Made by a program: the position numbers and the translations under genes. Below are positions 57,285 to 64,000 of a stretch of 64,000 nucleotides of DNA, one piece after another; positions within the stretch are counted from its first letter, which is position 1; the number at the start of each line of letters is the position of its first letter. The stretch is from Vulcanimicrobiota bacterium (GTDB lineage Bacteria; Vulcanimicrobiota; Vulcanimicrobiia; Vulcanimicrobiales; Vulcanimicrobiaceae), in NCBI GenBank assembly GCA_963733295.1, contig CAVTCS010000003.1:896001-960000 (forward strand). The letters are read 5' to 3'. A model generated the notes under the pieces. The model did not search any database. It saw only the letters and a list, made by a program, of their open reading frames with translations, and was not told where the DNA came from.

Positions 57285-58354
57285 GCGAAGCCGGTTCGAA
57301 GCGTCGCCGCCTGCTCGGCCCCGAAGACACCGATCGCATCGTCGCCCCGGAAGCTGCGGCCCTCGAAGAAGAAGTTCTCGGCGCGACGCTTCGTCCTCGC
57401 TCGTTCGACGAGTACGTCGGTCAAACGACGGTCGTCGAAAACTTGAAGATCGCGATCGACGCGGCGCGACGCCGCGGCGAACCGCTCGAGCACGTGCTGT
57501 TCTACGGACCGCCCGGACTCGGCAAGACGACGCTCGCATCGCTCATCGCGCGCGACATGGGCCGGTCGCTGCGTCCGACCTCGGGTCCGACGCTGGAGAA
57601 GCCGAAGGACCTGGTCGGAATTCTGACATCGCTGCAAGAAGGCGACGTGCTGTTCATCGACGAGATCCATCGCCTCGGCGGAGTCGTCGAAGAGTACCTC
57701 TACCCGGCGATGGAAGATTTTCGCATCGACGTCGTGATGGACAGCGGTGCGTACGCCAAGACGTACAAGTTGCCGCTCGAGCGTTTCAGTCTGATCGGCG
57801 CGACCACGCGGGCCGGGATGCTCTCGGCGCCGCTGCGCGAGCGGTTCGGAATCGCGTACCATCTCGATTACTACAGCGCGGAAGAGTTGGAGCGGATCGT
57901 CGTACGCAGCGCGGGTGTCCTGGCCATTCCGATCGAGCCGGAAGGCGCGCGTGCCATCGCGCGGCGTAGCCGCGGCACGCCGCGAATCGCGAACCGCTTG
58001 CTGCGCCGCGTTCGCGACTACGCGGAGGTCCGCGCCGGAGGAACGATCACGCTCGAAGTCGCCGACGAAGCGTTGCGCCGCGAGGGCGTCGACGAGCTCG
58101 GTCTCGACCGGCTCGACCGTGCCTTCATGCGCACCATCGCCGAACAGTATCGCGGCGGTCCCGTTGGGATATCCGCGATCGCCGCGACGCTGACCGAGGA
58201 TGCCGAGACGCTGGAAGATGTGGTCGAACCGTACTTGCTCAAGCTCGGTCTCGTCGTACGAACCGCCAGCGGGCGTAAGGTTACGCCCGAAGCCTACGCG
58301 CACTTAGGCTTAAATCCGCCGCGCGGCGAGAGCCGTCAGGAGCGTCTGCTCTAA
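57281..58354 (+). CDS. ruvB: Holliday junction branch migration helicase B
   Basis: LRPRSFDEYVGQ, GPPGLGKTT, FIDEIHRL, SRGTPRIANRLL. Confidence 0.98.
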   Translation: MSEAGSKRRRLLGPEDTDRIVAPEAAALEEEVLGATLRPRSFDEYVGQTTVVENLKIAIDAARRRGEPLEHVLFYGPPGLGKTTLASLIARDMGRSLRPTSGPTLEKPKDLVGILTSLQEGDVLFIDEIHRLGGVVEEYLYPAMEDFRIDVVMDSGAYAKTYKLPLERFSLIGATTRAGMLSAPLRERFGIAYHLDYYSAEELERIVVRSAGVLAIPIEPEGARAIARRSRGTPRIANRLLRRVRDYAEVRAGGTITLEVADEALRREGVDELGLDRLDRAFMRTIAEQYRGGPVGISAIAATLTEDAETLEDVVEPYLLKLGLVVRTASGRKVTPEAYAHLGLNPPRGESRQERLL

Positions 58355-58391
58355 GTGGCAAGCTTCGTCTCTGGGGCGCGACACTAAAAGC

Positions 58392-59402
58392 GTGCTCCGC
58401 CGCGCGTTTCTTGTGTCGGCTTCCGCAGCGCTCGGAGCGGTCGCCCCGAGCGCGGCGAACGCGACCGGGGGCCTCGACGTCGGCGAGGCGCGCGCGTTGC
58501 ACGAAATGCGAGTCTTGCTTGCGAGCGGCGCGTTCGCGCCCGCGCAGACCGTCGACGACTGGCACTTCGACTGGAACGGAGGGACGTACCGCGGCAGCGT
58601 CGCCGCGGTGACGCTGCCGGACGGTCGCGCCGGCTTGGTCAACGCGCTGCCGCTCGACGCGTATCTCTACGGCGTGGTTAGTCGCGAAGTCTCGGCGTCG
58701 TGGCCCCGGAGCGCGCAAGAAACACAAGCGATTGTCGCGCGAACCTACGCCCTCGGAAAACTTCGTCCGTCACAACCCTACGACGTCGTGGCGAGCGAGA
58801 GCGATCAGCGCTACGGCGGCATTCCGGCCGAGACCGTCGAGGGCCGCAGCGCGGTCGACGCTACGGCGGGCACGGTCGTCACCTACCTCGGGAGTCCGGC
58901 GCGCGTCGCCTACGGGTCGTGTTGCGGCGGCCACAGCGCGGACGCGGCGAGCGTCTGGGGCGCAGCGCTCCCTTACCTGCGCGGCGTCCCCGATCCGAAC
59001 TGCGCCGGTACGCCCGAGTATCGCTGGCAGCTCGAACTGACGCGCGCGACGCTCGAGACGGCACTGGGAGCGCCTTTCGCCGCGATCGGTGAAGTGCAAT
59101 CGGCCGCGTTGCGCAACCTCGACACGAGCGGCCGGCCGGGCGCGCTCGTTTTCACCGGCGCGTCGGGTTCTTTCGAAGTCGCGACGCGGGCGTTTCGCGA
59201 CGCCGTCGGACCGGGGGTCGTGCGCAGCACGTTGTTGCTGGGAGTTTCGGTGCTCGACGGCGGCCTGCACCTCGACGGCGGCGGCCGCGGGCACGGCGTG
59301 GGTTTGTGTCAGTGGGGCTCGCGCGTTCTGGGCGCCGCCGGCTGGCCGGCGGCCGACATCCTGAGGTTTTACTTTCCGGGAACTTCGCTCGGACGTGCGT
59401 AA
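58392..59402 (+). CDS. SpoIID/LytB-domain lytic transglycosylase-like protein
   Basis: YL.GVV..E..ASW, QAIVARTY, DQ.YGG, SCCGGH, GHGVGLCQWG, IL.FYFPG. Confidence 0.9.
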   Translation: MLRRAFLVSASAALGAVAPSAANATGGLDVGEARALHEMRVLLASGAFAPAQTVDDWHFDWNGGTYRGSVAAVTLPDGRAGLVNALPLDAYLYGVVSREVSASWPRSAQETQAIVARTYALGKLRPSQPYDVVASESDQRYGGIPAETVEGRSAVDATAGTVVTYLGSPARVAYGSCCGGHSADAASVWGAALPYLRGVPDPNCAGTPEYRWQLELTRATLETALGAPFAAIGEVQSAALRNLDTSGRPGALVFTGASGSFEVATRAFRDAVGPGVVRSTLLLGVSVLDGGLHLDGGGRGHGVGLCQWGSRVLGAAGWPAADILRFYFPGTSLGRA

Positions 59403-59411
59403 GTCTGGAAG

Positions 59412-59918
59412 ATGCGTCGCCTCAAGCGATTTGCGGCCGCAGCCTCCCTCACCGCACTGGTAGCCGTTGCCGCGCCGTCGGCGGCGTCGGTGCGAGCCTT
59501 TTTCTGGGGTGCCCTCAACGTTAGTGCCGCGCCTACGCAACTCGCCAAAGACGCTCGCATCTTCGTTTCGCTGACGAACACGTCGACGAAGACGCAGACG
59601 TTAAGGGTCGAGCCGATGTGCCGCCTGACGGACTTGGTCGTCACCGACGCGGAGGGCCGAGTCCAGGTTCCGGCAGAGAAGAGCGCCTGCCCGAACGGTA
59701 TTGCCTACGCGAACGTGATGCTGCCCTCGAACGGTCTCTATAAGGGAGAGGAATTTGCGGAACGGCCGGACGCGGGCGACCGTCTCGCGCTCTGGGGCTA
59801 CGCGTTACCGGTCGGAACGTATCGGATCTACGCGATTCCGACCACGAACCTATGGCCCGACCGCAGCTTCATTAAAGAGCCCGAAACCTCGGACGTCATT
59901 TCGGTCACCTTGCACTGA
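59412..59918 (+). CDS. Secreted hypothetical protein (Ig-like beta sandwich suspected)
   Basis: Signal peptide; VSLTNTS, a Cys pair, LPVGTYRI. Confidence 0.6.
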   Translation: MRRLKRFAAAASLTALVAVAAPSAASVRAFFWGALNVSAAPTQLAKDARIFVSLTNTSTKTQTLRVEPMCRLTDLVVTDAEGRVQVPAEKSACPNGIAYANVMLPSNGLYKGEEFAERPDAGDRLALWGYALPVGTYRIYAIPTTNLWPDRSFIKEPETSDVISVTLH

Positions 59919-60005
59919 CGGCGACGGCGCCGAATACGTCGCGCCTCCGAACTGTGACCGAACGGCAACAACGCGCTAACTCGCGCGGATTACGTTCGAT
60001 ACACG

Positions 60006-60692
60006 ATGCGAACGCGATCCGGAACGAACGCCCAGAACGCGCGCGGCACGGCGTGGCTCGAGATACTGATGGCCATGACGCTGCTGCTACCACTCGCCCT
60101 GCTGCTCGTGACGATTTTCCGTTCGGGTTCGTCGCTCGTTGCCGCAACGGCACGCTACGAAACGAGCCGCGCCGACCTGGCCGAACTGGCCTGGCGTTGG
60201 CAGAACGAAGCCGCCTCGGCCTGGGCGATCTTCACGCCTGCGAGCGACGTTTTGGGTCAGCCCAATTGCATCGCCGGCGTCTGTCATGAAATCGATTTCT
60301 TCTCGCGCGATGCCGCCGGACGCGCGCTCTTCTGGGCTTGGCGCTTCGATGCGCCCTCGCAGGTTCTTCAGCGCTACACGTACGCCGACGCAAACGATCC
60401 GCCGGCGACGCTGAGTGCGAGCGGGCCCGCGCTCGGGAGCGTAACGTCGTTCCAAGCCTACCGGCTGGCCGCGAGTGCGGTTACGAATCCCGCGCTGCGC
60501 GGCTACGTTCCCAAAGACGTCTCGCTGAATCTCGGTTTCCCCGCGGTGGACGGTGGAAACGCGCTGACCGTCGTCGATGTTGCGAACTCGGGCGAACGAA
60601 TCGTCCGGGAATTCTTACCGGCAACGACGCCCAGCGGATTCGACGTCGTCGTCGGCACTTTCACGCCGCAGCGCGGGCAAACCCTCCGGTGA
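60006..60692 (+). CDS. Type IV pilin-like protein (PilW-like minor pilin)
   Basis: RG-TAWLEIL + hydrophobic helix (class III signal with E+5). Confidence 0.65.
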   Translation: MRTRSGTNAQNARGTAWLEILMAMTLLLPLALLLVTIFRSGSSLVAATARYETSRADLAELAWRWQNEAASAWAIFTPASDVLGQPNCIAGVCHEIDFFSRDAAGRALFWAWRFDAPSQVLQRYTYADANDPPATLSASGPALGSVTSFQAYRLAASAVTNPALRGYVPKDVSLNLGFPAVDGGNALTVVDVANSGERIVREFLPATTPSGFDVVVGTFTPQRGQTLR

Positions 60693-61174
60693 ATCGAAGC
60701 GACGGTTCGCGCAACGTATGGCAGGCGCAGCGCGAGCGCGGGCAGAGTCTGCTCGAGGTTCTGGTCGCGCTCGGGCTCGCCTCGCTAGTGATGAGCGCGG
60801 CGTTTGCGGCGCTCGTGACCAGCGCGCGGGCCAAAGCCTCCGACGAAGATCGCGCGAGCGCGGCAAACGCGGCCGCGAACAGCGTCGCGGAACTGCGCGC
60901 CGCTACGGAATACGATCCGGACGCGCTGGCGGCGATCGGCAACGCGACCTGGACGGTTCTGCCTCCGCTGCTGCCGCCCGGGGCGGGCCGCTCCGATGCG
61001 GCGCCCATAACGCTGTCGACGACGACGCAGGCATCCGGCGCCGGACTCGCGGTCGGGTTGACGTTCGCCTCCGCGCACTCGAGCGGCGCGGCGACGCTCT
61101 TCCTGCAACAGTACGCTCCGCCGCCCGGCGCGCAAGTTTTTCGCGCCGGCGCGACGCCGGCCCCAAGTCCCTAG
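60689..61174 (+). CDS. Type IV pilin-like protein (PilV-like minor pilin)
   Basis: GTGA-coupled start; RERG-QSLLEVLVALGL. Confidence 0.7.
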   Translation: MNRSDGSRNVWQAQRERGQSLLEVLVALGLASLVMSAAFAALVTSARAKASDEDRASAANAAANSVAELRAATEYDPDALAAIGNATWTVLPPLLPPGAGRSDAAPITLSTTTQASGAGLAVGLTFASAHSSGAATLFLQQYAPPPGAQVFRAGATPAPSP

Positions 61175-61178
61175 CGGC

Positions 61179-61895
61179 ATGTATCTCGCGATCCTCTTTG
61201 GACTGACCGCGGTCGCGGCGGTCGCGCTCGGCGGGTTGCAGCTTGCGACGTCGTTTGCCGCCGCGGCGGAGCGTCACGCAGCGCTTCGCTATGCCGACGT
61301 CGCCCTCGAGCAAGGGCGGCTCGCTTTGGTCGCGCAGATCGCCGCGCAAATCGAAGCGGGTTCGCCGGACGGTCCGTTCGTCGCCCCGAGCCCGACGCCG
61401 CTCGCGCCGGTGTGCGTAACGCCGCCCGACGCGGTACCGGCGCCGTGTGCGTTTTCCGCATCGGTGAGCGTGACGTTGCTCGGCCAGACCGGCGTGCCGG
61501 CTACTCCGAACGAACTCGCCCAGAACGTGCAGCGAGCCGAAGGCGTCGCCGAGAACCGCGTCGCTGCGACGATCTTCGCGACCGTCGTCTCGCCTGCCGG
61601 AAGCGTCGTGCGGCGGCGTTCGCTGATCGTTCGGACCTATGCCGCCGCGCCGTACGCGTCCGACGACGGCAGCGACGAACCCGTCTACGGCGACACCGCG
61701 AGCGGCGACAGCGGCGGCGTGTGCGATGGGAGTGCGCTCTGCGCCGGCAGCGACACGCGCATTCACGCCAAACTCGTGTGCAGCGATCCGGGTGATCCCT
61801 CAAAGTGCAACGGCGTTCCGGACCGCTACCTCGACAATTTCGTGAACGTAAACTGGCGGAACGCGCACGCCGTACCGGGCGCGTGGTCCGAGTAG
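61179..61895 (+). CDS. PilX-like pilus protein
   Basis: N-terminal hydrophobic helix lacking E+5, A.RYA..ALE.G pattern, Cys-rich C-terminus; sits between pilin genes. Confidence 0.5.
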   Translation: MYLAILFGLTAVAAVALGGLQLATSFAAAAERHAALRYADVALEQGRLALVAQIAAQIEAGSPDGPFVAPSPTPLAPVCVTPPDAVPAPCAFSASVSVTLLGQTGVPATPNELAQNVQRAEGVAENRVAATIFATVVSPAGSVVRRRSLIVRTYAAAPYASDDGSDEPVYGDTASGDSGGVCDGSALCAGSDTRIHAKLVCSDPGDPSKCNGVPDRYLDNFVNVNWRNAHAVPGAWSE

Positions 61896-62461
61896 TGCGT
61901 TCTTCCGAACGAGGTTTCACGCTGCTCGAAGTCATGCTCGCGACCGCGCTGCTCGGACTTGCTGTGGTCGCGTTCGGTGCCGGCTCGTTCGCAAGCAGGC
62001 CCGCTTCGCTGGCCGCGGCGAGCGCGGCGCTGCCCGCGACGGTCGCGCGCGCCAGAGCGCTGGCCGAGTCGAGCGGTGACGGTGCCACTTTGACCTTCGC
62101 GCCGAGCGCCTCCGGTTTCGTGGCGACGCTCTATCCGCACCGCCCTGTTGCGGGGAGTTCGTTCAGCGTCGCGACGATCGAGCAAACCGAAGCCTTTCGC
62201 GTGTACCTCGCGTCGTCAAGCGCCGGCACGAGTCCGTTTGCGGTCTTTCTCTCTTCCTCGGGCAGCACGTCTTGGGCCGCCTGGACGCCCACGGACGGAT
62301 CGCTCGCCGCCGAGCCCGCCTGCGACGCACCGCTCGAACTCGTGATGGGTCCGTCCGCCCAGGCCGTCGCGCTCGCGCCGCTTGCAAAACCCTCGCCGGT
62401 TCCGGCCGCACTCGCCTGGTTTACGCTGACGTGTCAAGACGCAACCTTACTGCAGTCGTGA
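61895..62461 (+). CDS. Type IV pilin-like protein (FimT/GspH-like)
   Basis: SERG-FTLLEVMLATALLG N-methylation motif; ARARALA helix. Confidence 0.8.
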   Translation: MRSSERGFTLLEVMLATALLGLAVVAFGAGSFASRPASLAAASAALPATVARARALAESSGDGATLTFAPSASGFVATLYPHRPVAGSSFSVATIEQTEAFRVYLASSSAGTSPFAVFLSSSGSTSWAAWTPTDGSLAAEPACDAPLELVMGPSAQAVALAPLAKPSPVPAALAWFTLTCQDATLLQS

Positions 62462-62488
62462 GCCGCCTCGAACGAGAAGCAGGCGGTC

Positions 62489-63556
62489 ATCGAATCGCCT
62501 CGCGCCACCGCAGCTTACCGGTACGTTCTCCCGACCGAACTGATCGCGCGGCGACCCGCGGATCCGGCCGACTCGGCACGGCTGATGCTGGTCGATCCGC
62601 GCGCGCGAACGCTCGCGCACGAACGCTTTAGCGCGTTCCCCGAGCACTTGCGCCCCGGCGACGTGCTCGTCGTCAACGAGGCACGGGTCATTCGCGCGCG
62701 GCTACGCGGTCGCCGCGAACCCGAGGGCGGCCAGGCGGAGATCCTGCTCGTTCATCCGGCCGGAACGACGCGTTTCGATCCGAACGCGACACGCTGGATC
62801 GCTCTCGTGAAACCCGGACGAAAATTGCACGCGGGCGCGCGAGTGCGTTTCGGCGAGGCCGGTGCGTGTCGCGTCGAAGCGGTTTTGCCGGACGGAACTC
62901 GCGAGATCGCCCTCGAGCTCGCGTTGCCGTTCGAGGAGTTCTTGGAGCGTCACGGCGAGCTGCCGCTGCCGCCCTACGTCGGCCCGGGCGACGAGCGGCG
63001 CGCCGAACGCTATCAGACGATCTTCGCGCGGGAACCGGGAAGCGTCGCCGCACCGACTGCGTCGCTCCACTTCACGCCCGCGGTGCTCGAGCGCGCTCGC
63101 GAACGCGGCGTCGAGTTGGTACGGCTCGTTCTCGATGTGGGTCTCGCGACGTTCAAGCCGATCGAGACGGAAACGATCGACGATCACGTCATGCATCGCG
63201 AGCGCTACGCGATCCCTGCGGTCACGGCGGAAGCCGTCAATCGCGCGAAACGTGAAGGCAGGCGCGTGGTCGCCGCCGGTACGACGACGCTACGCGCTCT
63301 CGAGTCGTCCGTCGTCCGAGATGAGGTCGCTGCGGGTGAAGGCGAGACCGAACTTTTCATTTCGCCGGGTTTCCGCTTCCGCGTTGCCGACGCGCTCCTT
63401 ACAAACTTTCACCTGCCGGGCTCGAGCCTGCTCGTCCTCGTCTCCGCGTTCGCCGGCCACGAACTCGTCCGCGACGCCTACGCCGCGGCGATCGAGCAGC
63501 GTTACCGTTTCTACTCGTTCGGCGACGCGATGTTGTTCACGTCGCGCGCCATTTGA
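62489..63556 (+). CDS. queA: S-adenosylmethionine:tRNA ribosyltransferase-isomerase (start uncertain)
   Basis: Y.LP.ELIA..P....SARL, GELPLPPY, YQT.FA..PGSVAAPTA.LHF, LTNFHLP, YRFYSFGDAM. Confidence 0.95.
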   Translation: MESPRATAAYRYVLPTELIARRPADPADSARLMLVDPRARTLAHERFSAFPEHLRPGDVLVVNEARVIRARLRGRREPEGGQAEILLVHPAGTTRFDPNATRWIALVKPGRKLHAGARVRFGEAGACRVEAVLPDGTREIALELALPFEEFLERHGELPLPPYVGPGDERRAERYQTIFAREPGSVAAPTASLHFTPAVLERARERGVELVRLVLDVGLATFKPIETETIDDHVMHRERYAIPAVTAEAVNRAKREGRRVVAAGTTTLRALESSVVRDEVAAGEGETELFISPGFRFRVADALLTNFHLPGSSLLVLVSAFAGHELVRDAYAAAIEQRYRFYSFGDAMLFTSRAI

Positions 63557-63625
63557 ACTCGGCGGAAAACGGCGAGCCCCGGGCTGGAGGCAGGTTGCGT
63601 CGCTCCCGAGCGCAGTCCGGAGCGT

Positions 63626-63654
63626 TTGACATCCGCCTTGGGGCTTGGTATCCT
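63626..63654 (+). promoter_or_regulatory. Sigma70-type promoter of the ribosomal protein operon
   Basis: TTGACA, 17-nt spacer ending in TGG, then TATCCT. Confidence 0.75.
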
Positions 63655-63766
63655 CTCGGGGTTGTGGCCGAGGCCGCGAACGTCTTTGCGTGCGTTCGCG
63701 GCGGAAACAATAAGATGAACGCCTGGCTCCGTGGATTAGAGTCAGCTTCCAGAAGGCGATACTCCG

Positions 63767-64000
63767 ATGAAAAACATCATCGGCCGCAAGGCCGGGATGA
63801 CGAGCATTTTCACCGCCGACGGGCGGTACGTGCCGGTTACCGTCATCGAGGCGGGGCCGTGCCTCGTGCTGCAAAAAAAGACCCTCGCGTCGGACGGCTA
63901 CGAGTCGGTTGCGCTCGCTTTCGGCGCTGTGAAGCCGGCGCGGATGACCAAGGCTCAGGCCGGCCGGTTCAAGCACGCGGGTCTGGAACCCAAGAAGGTC
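63767..64000 (+). CDS. rplC: 50S ribosomal protein L3 (5' part, runs off the window)
   Basis: MKNIIGRKAGMTSIF..DG..VPVTVIEAGPC.V.Q.KT...DGY..V. Confidence 0.95.
   Translation, partial: MKNIIGRKAGMTSIFTADGRYVPVTVIEAGPCLVLQKKTLASDGYESVALAFGAVKPARMTKAQAGRFKHAGLEPKKV

Overview
High-GC (about two-thirds by eye), gene-dense bacterial chromosome segment. Gene content and the cyclase-ATPase-TPR gene would fit Candidatus Eremiobacterota, but that is inference only. The backbone is housekeeping: GH125 (partial), purA, rlmD-gatCAB-mutS2-tyrS, hslO, aroQ, hup, tRNA-Pro(GGG), valS, pyrR-pyrB/pyrC-carA/carB, pdxH, pbpA-pknB, ruvCAB, spoIID, queA and the start of rplC. The accessory modules are as follows. 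(1) Two tandem, diverged, collinear five-gene Flp/Tad pilin cassettes at 2.1-10.8 kb (Flp pilin, TadE-like, TadG-like, TadE-like with a long Pro/Thr/Ser tail ending in WF, and an A24 prepilin peptidase), with no assembly ATPase in the window. (2) An orphan fliJ-flbD-fliO-atypical receiver mini-operon. (3) An inverted SPFH plus double-Tim44/zinc-ribbon pair between pyrB and pyrC. (4) A BatD-MoxR-DUF58-VWA set interleaved with a secreted protein, an Ntn acylase and a PP2C phosphatase. (5) A four-gene type IV minor-pilin-like operon between spoIID and queA. Three cross-cutting patterns were seen: several genes seem to lack a canonical start codon (gatA, queA, cytochrome c, possibly fliO); a GAAACT/TAAACT-type hexamer recurs 6-8 nt before SD-less starts; and a 26.0-29.7 kb zone carries many frameshifts, including in valS, most likely consensus-sequence errors. 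No CRISPR array, rRNA, integrase or transposase was seen.
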